A stretch of DNA of 64,000 bases from a virus. Location of the stretch: the IMG/VR virus record IMGVR_UViG_3300038468_000190, positions 1-64,000 of that record, one strand, 5' to 3'. A program made the position numbers and the translations under genes. Shown here piece by piece: positions 28,026 to 38,078 of this stretch. Within the stretch, counting starts at the first letter, position 1, and each line of letters starts with the position of its first letter. The notes below the pieces were generated by a model that saw only the letters and a program-made list of their open reading frames with translations, ran no database searches and had not been told where the DNA came from.

Positions 28026-28679
28026 TCATCCTTGCTGTTTACGAAAAAGCCGAAAACGCTCGATGTCCCTCTCGAGCCACCGCCGCTCCGTGATCGCCAT
28101 CCTGCGCACGAACACATTGAGCCCGACCGCGAGCGCCCGTGCTGTCGTGAGCCCCATCGTGCTCGCATGGAAATTGTCTCTCGTCTGCACCGCGATCACC
28201 TGCTTGGCGAAGGGCACGCGGGAGCGGTCCTCGCCAGCGAACACGATTTGGTGTTCGGGCAGGCTATTGAGCGTGACATCGAAGCCTCGCCTGCGCGCGG
28301 GGCCATAGTCGACGCGGCAAATAGTAACGTCGATCCCCGAAAAGAACATTTCGAGGAGTGTCTCGATGTCATCTTCAGAAATAGCGGCCGCGTCCCGGCC
28401 CCACTGTGTGAAAAATCCGGCTCGGGCCGCGTCAGCGTATAGGACGGCGTCGTGCACTGGGGGACCATGGCCCACCTTACGCAAATAATCCTGAGTCTCG
28501 TGAAAATGCAGACACCCCGCGCAAAGCCGCATTGGCGTTCGAGCGCTCGCCGGCTGCTCTTTCCACGTATTGTCGAGCTCCGGCAGATGCACTGTCGCGA
28601 CACCGTCCGTGACAGGCCGGCGCTGCGCGCACCAGGTGCAGTGCTCGGTATTGTCCTCTTTTTCTACGAGCTCAGTCAT
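28026..28679 (-). CDS. Hypothetical protein with N-terminal Zn finger
   Basis: CTWC...CAGC. Confidence 0.6.
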   Translation of the reverse strand: MTELVEKEDNTEHCTWCAQRRPVTDGVATVHLPELDNTWKEQPASARTPMRLCAGCLHFHETQDYLRKVGHGPPVHDAVLYADAARAGFFTQWGRDAAAISEDDIETLLEMFFSGIDVTICRVDYGPARRRGFDVTLNSLPEHQIVFAGEDRSRVPFAKQVIAVQTRDNFHASTMGLTTARALAVGLNVFVRRMAITERRWLERDIERFRLFRKQQG

Positions 28680-28915
28680 GTCACCGTGAGACCGAAGAGG
28701 GCCGCGACCGCGCGGAGGACACGCCGGCGCTGCTCGACCGAGAGCATGCCGAGCGCCCCGGCGATTGTATTGAAGGCGCTGACTTCGTCGGTTGCATGCG
28801 CGGGCGGAGGATCGACGGGCGGCCCGAAGATATCTTCATGTACCTCGCCTTCGAGAAGATGATCGCGAAGGCTCCCTGGCCTCGGCGGCGCTCCGTACAT
28901 CAGACGCATACTCAT
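28676..28915 (-). CDS. Hypothetical protein
   Basis: TGATG-coupled start. Confidence 0.5.
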   Translation of the reverse strand: MSMRLMYGAPPRPGSLRDHLLEGEVHEDIFGPPVDPPPAHATDEVSAFNTIAGALGMLSVEQRRRVLRAVAALFGLTVT

Positions 28916-29406
28916 CACGGCACCTCTTTCGGAACCAGCCACGCGGGCATGAAGTATTTCGGGGCATCGAAACCGCCCCCGAGAAGCCAATGGGTATACA
29001 TCGCTCGCTGAAATCGCCGCATGGCCCACTTTGCGCCGAGCAAATCATGCCACGTCCGATGCTCGAGCCGGTCTGGCCTTCCCCAGACCTCGAAGAGCTC
29101 CGTCCCTTGCTCCTGCGGATCCGCTCGACCGTCGAACGTGCTCTCCACCAGATCGAACGCGCCCGAGAAGCACATGATGGTGAAGCGGGGCCCGGAGTCG
29201 TTCGGGTAACCGAAGACTCCTCCGCAAATGTGCCAGAGGTGGTCTCGGGGCAGAGAAAGAATGCTCATGACCTCCTGCACCGCGCCAGCGGCCGCTGCCG
29301 GAAGCCACTTCCGATACTGCTCGGCCTTCTCGCTCGGCGCTAGCGCGTAGACCGCGCGCGCAAACTCCTCGGGCTCGAAGGCCCAGAGCCGGACACTGAG
29401 GCTCAC
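28915..29406 (-). CDS. Hypothetical protein
   Basis: 163 aa, coupled on both sides. Confidence 0.6.
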   Translation of the reverse strand: MSLSVRLWAFEPEEFARAVYALAPSEKAEQYRKWLPAAAAGAVQEVMSILSLPRDHLWHICGGVFGYPNDSGPRFTIMCFSGAFDLVESTFDGRADPQEQGTELFEVWGRPDRLEHRTWHDLLGAKWAMRRFQRAMYTHWLLGGGFDAPKYFMPAWLVPKEVP

Positions 29407-31958
29407 GACGCCGCCTGACTCGGCGCCGCCGATGCCGCCTGCTGCGCATCGACGGCGCGCTTGTATTGGAGCGGCACCTCTTTCCAGAGCGCCTGCACCC
29501 AGCGCTTGCCGTCCGGTCTCAAGATCGCGCTGTCGCCCGCGCCCGTCATGGCTTTCACCGTCTCGATGAACTCCTCGCTCTTGTGCTGAGTGACCATCAC
29601 CATGGCCGCATTCACGTCGAGCTCGAGAAAGCGCCGGGCAAACTCTTCGGCGCTCGGCATGCCGGCGTTGATGGCCATCTCGACCTGCTGGCGAAACTGA
29701 TCGATGACCGCGTCGGGGAAGTGTGCCGAGAACCGATTTGCCGACTGGCCGTTCTGGGGAGGAGGAGGAGGCGGGGCGGCGGCGGCCGGCGGCGGAGCGG
29801 ACGGCGGCGCCTGGTCGGCCGGAGCGGTCGACTGAGCCGGCGGCGGGGCGGACTCGACCGGCGCCGCGACGGGGCCGGGCGGAATGACCGGTTGCTGGTC
29901 GGCGATCGGAATCGAATTCTGCGTGGCCCAGGCGACCACGCGGTTTGGCCGCTGCGCAGGCGCCGGACGCCCGGGCGGACGCATGCCCGGTCCGGGCGGC
30001 AGGGCCTGCCCCGGCGGGCCGCCCATCGCCGGACGGCCTCCCCGCGCGCTGAAGGCCCTGGCGATCTCGGGGCCCCAGTCGCCGATCGTCTCGAGGGCTT
30101 TGCCCGCGCCCATGCCGGCGAGCGCCGCGAAGCGCTCGCCCGGAGTCGTCGGCGCCGAATCGTCCTCCTTCTTGTAGCCCAGGGCCTCGGCAAGGGTCTT
30201 TTGCTTTTCGAGGATCTGGACCGGATCGCCCGCGCTCGCCGCCTCTTCCTTGGCCTGGGCGAGCTCCTCGGCGAGGCGCTTCTCTCTCTCCTTGTGGTTG
30301 GCGATCTGCATCTCGAGCGTGCTCTTCGTGGTGTCGACGCGCGTCGCATGCTGCTCGCCCATCATCCGGATTTCGGCGGCGTGCCGCTCCTTGAGATCGC
30401 TGATCCGCCCCTCGAACATCTTTTCCGTGTCCTTCACGCGCTGATCGGCTCGGGCAATCTCTTCCCGCCTTAGCTCGTGCATCTGATCGCGAAGCTCTTG
30501 CTCGCGGTCGCGCTTCTGCTTTTCGATGTCCTCGAGCCTTTGGCGATAGGTCTTCTCGTCCTGGTCGGCGCGCTCGCGGACGCGCTTGAGCTCGTCCTCG
30601 TGCCGGCGGTTCTCGTTATCGAGCGCGTCCTTGTGGCTCGCGCGAAGGGTGTCGATCTGGTCACGGTGAGATTCCTTGAGCCTCGCGACCTCGTCGGCAT
30701 GCTGCGCCCGCTGGTGACCGAGCTGTTGCTCCATGTTCTGGGCGGGGCTCGTCACCTTCAGGACCTCGGCGACGTCCTTCATCGAGCTTTCCCGCGGGGC
30801 GTCGTTGATGCGATCGATCTTCTCGTGAAGCGCCTTGTTGTCGGCGCGAAGGCCCGAGATGATGTCCATCAGGGCCTGCTCTCGCGCCGCCGTCGCGCGC
30901 TCGGTCGCTTCGATGGCGCTCTTACCGGCGCCGGCCACGACCTCGAGCACGTCCGCCGAGGCGTTGGCCTTCGAGTCGAGCCGTTCGCGGAGCTCTTTGT
31001 TCGTTTGCTCCGAGCGCTGGAGCTGCGTCGAGACGAAGTCGAGCGTCGACTTGTGCATGGCGGCGTCGGCGGGCGTCGTCGGCAGGCCCGCCTGCCCGAA
31101 CATCGGATGTGATGATTGCATGGGATCTGTCCCTTTTTTAGCGTTAACCCCGGGAAGCGCCCGGAGATTCGGACCGAGCACCGGCACGGTGTAGCGAAAC
31201 CGGTCCGTTTTCGGTTTGATGAGCGGCCGGCCCGTGATGACGTCCTGGCGACCCTTCGGATCCGGACCGTAGACCTGCAGGAGATAGCTCCGGCCGCCGA
31301 AGGCGAGCGCGAACTCCTCCTCCGTCATCGGCTCTCGGATTTCACCGAGGTAGCCCGCGCAGGAAAACGTCTGAAAGACCTTCGGCTCCACGCGCTCCAC
31401 CCGAATGAAGTGCTGGCCGTCGCCGATCGTGTAGCGCGCGTAGACGTCGAGAAGGTTCTGGGGCTGGACCCAGCCGACGAGATCGTCGTTACCGACCGGA
31501 CGGACGTCGCCGAGCGTGGGCTTGTCGCGCTTTTCGGGCTCGCCCTCCGTCGCCGGCACGGCCGCGCCGGACGAATAGGTCTCGACGTCGTCGTCACCAC
31601 GGCTGAGCCCCTCGTCGACGTAGGCCGCCGGCTCCGGGCGAGCTTTGCCCGTGTGCACGGCCGCCACGTCGTCGATCGACCGGCGCTTTTTCGGCGGGAC
31701 CACCGGCCGCTCCGGGTGCTCGATTCTCACGGCCTCTCGCTGCTCCTCGGTCATCGCGAGAAATTCATCCGGGTCGACGCGGCGCCTCTGGGCTTCGTTC
31801 CGGCGCGCTCTCGCCCAGCGCATCTTGACCGCCGCCCTCTCGCGCGGACTCATCGCCGAGTAGGCGGCGTAATCCACGTCGTAGAGATGCGCCTCTGCCC
31901 GAAGCTTACTGTCGAGCTCGGTCGCTGGCTCTTCGGAACCGGCTCCGGCGTCCGTCAT
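29403..31958 (-). CDS. Large coiled-coil protein
   Basis: 851 aa; ~290-aa heptad/charged region, Pro-rich linker, helical C-domain. Confidence 0.85.
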   Translation of the reverse strand: MTDAGAGSEEPATELDSKLRAEAHLYDVDYAAYSAMSPRERAAVKMRWARARRNEAQRRRVDPDEFLAMTEEQREAVRIEHPERPVVPPKKRRSIDDVAAVHTGKARPEPAAYVDEGLSRGDDDVETYSSGAAVPATEGEPEKRDKPTLGDVRPVGNDDLVGWVQPQNLLDVYARYTIGDGQHFIRVERVEPKVFQTFSCAGYLGEIREPMTEEEFALAFGGRSYLLQVYGPDPKGRQDVITGRPLIKPKTDRFRYTVPVLGPNLRALPGVNAKKGTDPMQSSHPMFGQAGLPTTPADAAMHKSTLDFVSTQLQRSEQTNKELRERLDSKANASADVLEVVAGAGKSAIEATERATAAREQALMDIISGLRADNKALHEKIDRINDAPRESSMKDVAEVLKVTSPAQNMEQQLGHQRAQHADEVARLKESHRDQIDTLRASHKDALDNENRRHEDELKRVRERADQDEKTYRQRLEDIEKQKRDREQELRDQMHELRREEIARADQRVKDTEKMFEGRISDLKERHAAEIRMMGEQHATRVDTTKSTLEMQIANHKEREKRLAEELAQAKEEAASAGDPVQILEKQKTLAEALGYKKEDDSAPTTPGERFAALAGMGAGKALETIGDWGPEIARAFSARGGRPAMGGPPGQALPPGPGMRPPGRPAPAQRPNRVVAWATQNSIPIADQQPVIPPGPVAAPVESAPPPAQSTAPADQAPPSAPPPAAAAPPPPPPQNGQSANRFSAHFPDAVIDQFRQQVEMAINAGMPSAEEFARRFLELDVNAAMVMVTQHKSEEFIETVKAMTGAGDSAILRPDGKRWVQALWKEVPLQYKRAVDAQQAASAAPSQAAS

Positions 31959-32476
31959 TCCTCCCCTGCGCTCGCGCCCTCGGTTTCGATGTCTTCGGGC
32001 TCGTCCTCCTCGATCATGATCTCCTTCGTGAACTCCACCCGCTCGGCCGTCATCCGCCTGAGCGCCTCGAGCGGCTCACGCTGCCGGGCGGCGTCTTCGG
32101 GCACCGACTCGAGCAGTTTCTCGAGGAGCTTGTCCACTTGCTCGAGGTACGCGAGGTACATGGCGGCGTCCTCGGGCATGAGCGCCGACTCCGTCGGAGC
32201 GCCCTCCATCCGCGTCTCGAGCCGAGCGATGTCCTCGTCGGCCTGAAGGAGCGCCTCGCCCGCCGTGCCGGCGAGATCCGAAATGAGCGTCAGCACCGTG
32301 CCGGCGATTTCGCGGTAGATTTTGGCGAGCTCGGGGTTCGCCTCGTCGAGCTTCTTCGCCGCCCCGAGCAGGCGCTCACGACCCTCCGTCGCTTCGCGGT
32401 AGATGACGCCGAGCTCGGCTTCGAGATCTCCTTCGCCTTCGTCGGCGTCGTCCGGGAGAGCAATGTCTGTGGGCAT
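31955..32476 (-). CDS. Acidic helical protein
   Basis: 173 aa, E/D-rich, coupled. Confidence 0.75.
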   Translation of the reverse strand: MPTDIALPDDADEGEGDLEAELGVIYREATEGRERLLGAAKKLDEANPELAKIYREIAGTVLTLISDLAGTAGEALLQADEDIARLETRMEGAPTESALMPEDAAMYLAYLEQVDKLLEKLLESVPEDAARQREPLEALRRMTAERVEFTKEIMIEEDEPEDIETEGASAGEE

Positions 32477-33300
32477 CAGGATCCTTTCGAAAAAATACCG
32501 CCGACTTCGGTGCTCTCACCACGCGTATCGGCTCGCCACCCGAACATCGGCAGGTGCTCGCGATTCTTTCCTTGCGCGACCTTCAGCGCGTCGAAGTCAT
32601 CGAGCTCTTTCGAGCTCTCGGCGTCGTACGGATCGCGCATGTCGCACGCCCAGACGCCCGTGTCCTTCACCGTCATGAAGGTGCCCTCGGTCGTGCGGCG
32701 CGCCGAGCAGAGACGAGCGAATTGGTTGTGCTGCGCATTGAGCTCGAACGCGAGCTTCTGCCGCACGTAGTGCCTGCACGCGGGGCGAATGGGCTCGACG
32801 AGGAGAAAGTCTCCTATCCGACACTCGGTGAAGCATCGGTCGTAGCCGCATCGGTCGTAGAGCACCGACCACACGTCTTCCGCGTCGGACTCCTTTTCAT
32901 CCCAGTGCATCCGCTGGCGAAGCTCGGCGATCGCTCCGCGAAAGCCATCGATGAGGCGCGAGACCGGGATACGCCAGCGACCGTCCGGAGCGCGCTCGAC
33001 GAGCTCGGGCGAAAACTCGAAGCCCACCGCGCCCCATCTGTCCCTCACCACGAACGCCCTCGTGTCGGCCATGCACACGAGCGACGCCGGCGAGAGCGGC
33101 GGGATGTCGCTCTTCTCGGTCGAGTCGATCGTGACGGGCAGGCCGTCGGACCCGATGACGCGCACGGCCGGCGACGGCTTGAAGTCCTCGTGGATTTCGT
33201 CGAACGGATGAAACTCCGTCTCGGCGTCCTCGCTCGGCTCGTGCCCGTCGATCACGGCCTCGTCGGGACGGGCCTCGTCGCTCTCGCGCGAGTCGGACAT
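32476..33300 (-). CDS. Hypothetical Cys-containing protein
   Basis: Starts MSDSRES, 8 nt after TACCCT. Confidence 0.7.
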   Translation of the reverse strand: MSDSRESDEARPDEAVIDGHEPSEDAETEFHPFDEIHEDFKPSPAVRVIGSDGLPVTIDSTEKSDIPPLSPASLVCMADTRAFVVRDRWGAVGFEFSPELVERAPDGRWRIPVSRLIDGFRGAIAELRQRMHWDEKESDAEDVWSVLYDRCGYDRCFTECRIGDFLLVEPIRPACRHYVRQKLAFELNAQHNQFARLCSARRTTEGTFMTVKDTGVWACDMRDPYDAESSKELDDFDALKVAQGKNREHLPMFGWRADTRGESTEVGGIFSKGS

Positions 33301-33364
33301 TGCCCCGGAGGGTAAGCATGCCAAGGCCGTCCGACAAGGCCGGCCTTGTAGCTATCACCAAAGC

Positions 33365-33844
33365 CTAAGTCCCCGAATCCGCACCTGGGAGCTCCGCGTC
33401 GATTTTTCGGGCCGCTTCGATCCCCGGGGCTGTCTGCACACCTGTGTGCGCACCCTCGCCGTGCCGGTGGCCAAATTCGGCCAGCACGTCGGTCAGGGCT
33501 GGGTCAATTTTGACATCCTTGGCGGCCACCCCATGCGCCCGAAGCTCGCGGGCGAAGGCGTTCGACCGCTGGATAGCGCCCGAAAGGTCGCGAAGTAGCC
33601 AACTTTGAGCCACACCCGAGTGATAGCTGCTGTCATTGTAAAGTTTCTTCCATACATCACGTTCGTGCTCCAAGCCGTCGATAATATTAAAGAATTCCTT
33701 GGCCCTCCGGCTCTCGGTAGAAGCCCGGGCCCCTGCGTCCGTGGCGACCCGGGTCACTTCGGCGAGCCGACGGCGGAGAGAACGGTTCCAGAGGGCGAGG
33801 AGCACCACGAGGACCGAAAGGCAGACCAGAGGCAAGATTGTCAT
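33365..33844 (-). CDS. N-terminally anchored coiled-coil membrane protein
   Basis: MTILPLVCLSVLVVLLALW; ATGA overlap. Confidence 0.65.
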   Translation of the reverse strand: MTILPLVCLSVLVVLLALWNRSLRRRLAEVTRVATDAGARASTESRRAKEFFNIIDGLEHERDVWKKLYNDSSYHSGVAQSWLLRDLSGAIQRSNAFARELRAHGVAAKDVKIDPALTDVLAEFGHRHGEGAHTGVQTAPGIEAARKIDAELPGADSGT

Positions 33845-34281
33845 GTGTTTTCCCGTAGATAGGCGAGCACCAGCGCGCAGCCCGGGTGCAAGTGGGGGCC
33901 GATGTCGTCCGGCTCCGCCCACGTGTAGGCGCGGTGCTCGGGGTTCAGGCGGGGGGAAAATTCCTCCCGCGTCGTGACCACGAATACCGTGTAGACGAAG
34001 CCCGACCGGGGGGCCCGCCCGGGCCGAAAGAGCGCCTGCTCGCCGTCCGGCATGGTGAGCACTTCGAGTACCGCGACGTCCGTCGTCAGGGCGGCCGGAA
34101 AGCCGGTCTCCTCGTCGAGCTCCCGGATTGCCGCTTCTTCCGGCGCTTCACCGGGCTCCACGAACCCGCCCGGGTGACTCCAGCCCCGTCCGTCGGCCCG
34201 GTCGAGGAGAAGGACGCGGCCCGTGTTCTCCGCGAGAATCAGGCAGCCGGCGCCTCTTTTTGAGTACTCAGCGCTCGGCAT
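33841..34281 (-). CDS. Nudix hydrolase
   Basis: Nudix box GGFVEPGEAPEEAAIRELDEETG. Confidence 0.9.
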   Translation of the reverse strand: MPSAEYSKRGAGCLILAENTGRVLLLDRADGRGWSHPGGFVEPGEAPEEAAIRELDEETGFPAALTTDVAVLEVLTMPDGEQALFRPGRAPRSGFVYTVFVVTTREEFSPRLNPEHRAYTWAEPDDIGPHLHPGCALVLAYLRENT

Positions 34282-34546
34282 ATTTCGCTGCCAGCTCCGC
34301 CAATCGCTTGGCGATAGCCTTGGGCTCCGGCCGGAGCCTCTGCTCGGCCTTCGGGTGTCGGGACCGCCACGCGCGCATGGCCGCCGCGTGGCACGGGCGG
34401 CAGTACCGCTGGCGGCCGAGCTTGGCACAACGCGCAAAGGCCTCCTTCGGCAATGTCTCGCGACACCACGTGCACTCTCGGCGGTCGGGCTCGGGGCCAA
34501 GACTCGCCGCGTATCGCTCTGACTTGGTGCGTTTGGGGCGGGCCAT
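34268..34546 (-). CDS. Basic Zn-finger protein
   Basis: CTWC...F...YCRPC. Confidence 0.6.
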   Translation of the reverse strand: MARPKRTKSERYAASLGPEPDRRECTWCRETLPKEAFARCAKLGRQRYCRPCHAAAMRAWRSRHPKAEQRLRPEPKAIAKRLAELAAKYAER

Positions 34547-34581
34547 CAGGGGTAGAACGTTTCACAACGAACGCGCGTGGC

Positions 34582-35163
34582 CTACCGCCCCCGCAGGCGA
34601 CGCGGCCGCCCACCCGGAAGCGCCCGGCGCTCGTCGTCGGCGCCCTCGAGCCGCTCCATGCGGCGGTCCATCCGGTCGAGGACCTGAAGGAGCTTCACGT
34701 TCGCGAGCTGGGAAACGCGGCCCTCGCTCCGGGTCATGGCCGCCGGGTCGTGGAGGCTCGTCGCGATGGGGGCGTCGCCGAAGATGCCGCCGGCCGACTG
34801 GCCGCCGGGGCCGTGGACGCCGTCGAGAAGCTCGGCCTCCTCTTCGAGCCAGCGCTCCCGGGCCTCCTCGGCCGTCTCGCCGCGATGGTCGCCCCGATAC
34901 CGGACGACGGGCGAGCCAGGAAACTCCTGGGCTGCGTGACGCGCCAGGGCCTCGTCGCGCTCTTCGCGGTAGGCGCCGCTTGCGTCGCCGGTGCCGGCGC
35001 GCACGATGGCGCCGCCATAACGCCCACGCTCGGCCGCCGGCTCGCCTCCGGCCCGATCGGCGATCCGATCGCGGAGGAGCTCGCCGAGGAGCTCCTTCGT
35101 GGATTTGCCTTCGCTACGCGACAGCGCTTCGAGGGCTGCCTCCAGATCCTTGTCGATTGGCAA
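34582..35163 (-). CDS. Hypothetical protein, possible RHH-like N-terminus
   Basis: TTG start 7 nt after AAAGGAG; TGGTATTCT extended -10 upstream. Confidence 0.65.
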   Translation of the reverse strand: MPIDKDLEAALEALSRSEGKSTKELLGELLRDRIADRAGGEPAAERGRYGGAIVRAGTGDASGAYREERDEALARHAAQEFPGSPVVRYRGDHRGETAEEARERWLEEEAELLDGVHGPGGQSAGGIFGDAPIATSLHDPAAMTRSEGRVSQLANVKLLQVLDRMDRRMERLEGADDERRALPGGRPRRLRGR

Positions 35164-35219
35164 AGACGCGCTCCTTTTCTGGGTGCCGATCAGAATACCA
35201 CGGGGCCGATGGCTCGTCG

Positions 35220-35648
35220 CTACCGGACGTCGTTACCCGGCTCGGCCGGAGGCAACGCGCCCGCGACGTCTTCTTCCGGCCGGGGCGCGAGTGCTCGAAA
35301 GGCCCGGTCGATCGCGAGCGCCGCGACCATCTCGTCCGATTTGAAAAACTTTCGAATCTCCCGGAGCGAGGTCGCCTCGATGATCCAGTCCATCCGCCCC
35401 ACGCACCGTCCCGTCTTCACACTGAACGTCATGACTTCCGCGCCGCCGCCGAAGTAGACCGCGACGCGCGTCCCCGCCGGGATATCCACGACCTCGACGT
35501 CGCGCTCGCGCGTCGGCGCCTTGCTCCTCCGGTAGCTCTCCCTCGACCGCTTGAGCGCGCCATCGCTCGTCGTCAAGCGCTCGAGAACCGGCCACTCCTG
35601 GATGCGGATCATGAGCGCTTCGGGAAGCTCTTCGGGAGAGTTATTCAT
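35220..35648 (-). CDS. Hypothetical protein
   Basis: 142 aa, ATGA overlap. Confidence 0.6.
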   Translation of the reverse strand: MNNSPEELPEALMIRIQEWPVLERLTTSDGALKRSRESYRRSKAPTRERDVEVVDIPAGTRVAVYFGGGAEVMTFSVKTGRCVGRMDWIIEATSLREIRKFFKSDEMVAALAIDRAFRALAPRPEEDVAGALPPAEPGNDVR

Positions 35649-35848
35649 CGTTTCTTCTTTCGCGGCGCCGGGCGCGCGGGCAAGAGAGGCACCGTAAGGC
35701 GGCTGAGATCAACGACGACGAGGTCATCGGCCTCGCGAGACCATAACCGCGCCGCCCGGCGGCGCACCTTGGTCGCGTCGCCCACGTCGAGGGTCACGAG
35801 ATCCCCGAGGACTTGACCACTCCGGAGGTCGGAGACGCGCCATGCCAC
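35645..35848 (-). CDS. Hypothetical protein
   Basis: TAGTG-coupled start. Confidence 0.45.
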   Translation of the reverse strand: MAWRVSDLRSGQVLGDLVTLDVGDATKVRRRAARLWSREADDLVVVDLSRLTVPLLPARPAPRKKKR

Positions 35849-36063
35849 TATTCGCGCTCCGCGTATTGCAGAAGCCTGAGGGCCGCGCGGAAGGCGCGCG
35901 CTGGCGCGCCGCAGCGGTCGCAGCAGTCGTCCGGCGTCGACTGAAAGCGCGGGTGCCCGCTCGCGGCCGACACGAACGCCACCAGGGCCGTGAGGTGAGA
36001 CTCGAAGCGCTGCGCCCACACGCCGTGCTCTCGCAAGCGCTCGAAGTCCGCGCGCGCGATCAC
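35848..36063 (-). CDS. Hypothetical protein
   Basis: GTGA-coupled start; CDRC. Confidence 0.5.
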   Translation of the reverse strand: MIARADFERLREHGVWAQRFESHLTALVAFVSAASGHPRFQSTPDDCCDRCGAPARAFRAALRLLQYAERE

Positions 36064-36365
36064 CGCTCGCCGTCCGGGACCCGTGGGGCGCTCAGGTTTC
36101 GGATCTGGATCTGTTGAAGCGAGACGCGGTTTTCGAGGACGGAGATCAACTGATCCTGCGTCTCTCGGAGACTCTCGTGCGACGCGCAAAGCTTCTTGAA
36201 CTTCGAGTGCCGCCCGAGCAGCCAGCCGATGCCGACGAAGCTCGCGAAGGAGAGCGCCGCCTGTGACCCGGAGCCGAGGTAGACCTTACCGGCGACGACG
36301 AGCACGAACGCCCAGACGAGCATCTGACCGGCGTCGCCGAGAAACTCGAGGTGCCTCTGCTGCAT
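36060..36365 (-). CDS. Two-TM membrane protein with coiled-coil tail
   Basis: Two hydrophobic helices then heptads. Confidence 0.6.
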   Translation of the reverse strand: MQQRHLEFLGDAGQMLVWAFVLVVAGKVYLGSGSQAALSFASFVGIGWLLGRHSKFKKLCASHESLRETQDQLISVLENRVSLQQIQIRNLSAPRVPDGER

Positions 36366-36368
36366 CGC

Positions 36369-36608
36369 CTAGCTCTTCGTCGGGTCTTCACGGAGCTGGG
36401 ACTCGGCGGCCCGGAGCACATGGAGAATCACCTCGCGGGTCTCTTCGGTCGTCATCCGCTGGCGGAGCTGCCCGTAGACCCATCCGATCACGAAGCCGTA
36501 CCATTGGTCCTGAGGAAGCTCGGTCTCCGTGAGCGCGGCGAGCATTCGCTCCGTAAACTTCTCTCCCATGGCGAGCACGGCTGGCGTCAGCGTCATCATG
36601 GGCTTCAT
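36369..36608 (-). CDS. Hypothetical protein
   Basis: ATGA-coupled start MKPMMTL. Confidence 0.55.
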   Translation of the reverse strand: MKPMMTLTPAVLAMGEKFTERMLAALTETELPQDQWYGFVIGWVYGQLRQRMTTEETREVILHVLRAAESQLREDPTKS

Positions 36609-36964
36609 TCGAGTCGACCGATTTCGTCGTCCAGAATCTGAATCGCCAAAGCGATATTGCCGCGCAATATGGCCCAGAGGAATTTGCCGAGCAAGGCCGG
36701 CATCGTGTCCACCACCTTCAGGAACTTGGCCTCCGCTGAAGGAGGGATGATGGTGATGTGGCGACCCGACGGACACTCTCGCTCTCGAACGAGGTACCAG
36801 CGAGCCTTTTTGAGATCTTCGAGGCGGTCGCCCTTCTGTCCCGCACGCCAGACGTACTTCGTCGCGTTACCGACGCAGAAGTTCATGTGCTCGCAGATGT
36901 CGATCGCCTCGACGCCCGACTCGTGACTGTTGTAGTGCGGCGGATGATTGACGCTGTCCGTCAC
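36605..36964 (-). CDS. DUF3310 protein (T7 gp1.7-like nucleotide kinase family)
   Basis: DSVNHPPHY...EAIDI...FCVGNATKYVWRAGQK...EDLKKARWYL. Confidence 0.9.
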   Translation of the reverse strand: MTDSVNHPPHYNSHESGVEAIDICEHMNFCVGNATKYVWRAGQKGDRLEDLKKARWYLVRERECPSGRHITIIPPSAEAKFLKVVDTMPALLGKFLWAILRGNIALAIQILDDEIGRLE

Positions 36965-37947
36965 GTGGCCTCCTCGGTGCGTTGTCCCAGAATGTCGTGC
37001 TCGCCTGGGATGAGCTTTCGGAGCTGCACCCAGCCGTTTAGGTTGCCCGAGTAGTAGAGCGGCCCCCGAACGCGGGTGATGATGCTGCCGCGGTCTTCCA
37101 TCCCGACTTTCGGCTCCACGCCGGGCGGGCACTGAGTGCGAAGCATCGGACCGTCATCGAACGCGACGTCCCAGGCCTGGGTGAGCTCGAGCTCACGTTG
37201 GGTCATTGGACGGGCCGGATGCTCGAGAGGACTCAGGTGTCCCGGACCAACGAGCCGCTCGTAGAGCGCCAGGTCCTCGTTCGCGTCACGTTTACCGTCT
37301 TGAGTCAGATAAGAAACTCGGGCGCACCGCGCCGCTGAGATGCGCGCCGCCGCGAACGCGGCGTAAGCGCCCACCTCGAGATTGAACGCTTCACCCGGCT
37401 CGACGTACGGCGTGTGCCAGTCGCCGTAGTTCACGGGGTGCGGCTCGCTCGTTTTGTACGCCTCGAGCATCATCTCGGCGGCGCGCCTAAACTCACCCTG
37501 CGCGGCGGGGTTCACGCGGAGGTGGGAGAAGTTATCCCAGTCGGTCGCGGTGATGACCGCCGTGTGCCACGCGAACGGCTCGAGGAGACGATTGGCGAGC
37601 TGTTTATGAACACCAAGTTCAGCGAGACGTCGAGCTTGCTCGATCGCTTTGCTGCACGCCCAAGCCCACTCGTCCTCCGCTCGCTGTGCCTCCTCCGCCG
37701 AGAGCACCTCGTCATGCTGCATGCCCTTCTTGTTCTTTCCGAACTCCGCCGGCACGAACGGATCCGTCTCGACGGCGGCGATGCGCCTCTCGACCGGGAT
37801 GGCGCGCGAGCTCGCGCTGTTACGCGACAGCATCCGGTGCGTGTTCACCTCGGCGAGCACGATGCGCGGGAAGGTGACCTCGAAGCTCGTCAGGCGATGG
37901 CCGGCCGGCGAGATCGAGTCCGCCAGGATGCGACACGCGTAGGCCAT
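36961..37947 (-). CDS. thyX: FAD-dependent thymidylate synthase, phage type
   Basis: EVNTHRMLSRNSASSRAIP, HKQLANRLLEPF, SAARCARVSY, HLSPLEH. Confidence 0.9.
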   Translation of the reverse strand: MAYACRILADSISPAGHRLTSFEVTFPRIVLAEVNTHRMLSRNSASSRAIPVERRIAAVETDPFVPAEFGKNKKGMQHDEVLSAEEAQRAEDEWAWACSKAIEQARRLAELGVHKQLANRLLEPFAWHTAVITATDWDNFSHLRVNPAAQGEFRRAAEMMLEAYKTSEPHPVNYGDWHTPYVEPGEAFNLEVGAYAAFAAARISAARCARVSYLTQDGKRDANEDLALYERLVGPGHLSPLEHPARPMTQRELELTQAWDVAFDDGPMLRTQCPPGVEPKVGMEDRGSIITRVRGPLYYSGNLNGWVQLRKLIPGEHDILGQRTEEAT

Positions 37948-38004
37948 CAGCGCCAGCCCACGGCGACACGTCGCCCGATCCGTTGAGTAGCTCTCATCCG
38001 CCCT

Positions 38005-38032
38005 AGGATAGGGGCACCGAGAGTACCGTCAA
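38005..38032 (-). promoter_or_regulatory. Sigma70-like promoter for the thyX operon
   Basis: TTGACG-N16-TATCCT on the minus strand; GTGATATCAC palindrome at 38040-38049. Confidence 0.55.
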
Positions 38033-38078
38033 GCGGAAAGTGATATCACCCCGGAAGAACCCGTGGGGCCCCGTTTCG

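Noticed and set aside
29403-31958. Tape-measure or SMC identity for the coiled-coil protein
   Set aside because: No tail genes nearby, no Walker motifs, and it lies outside the virion operon.
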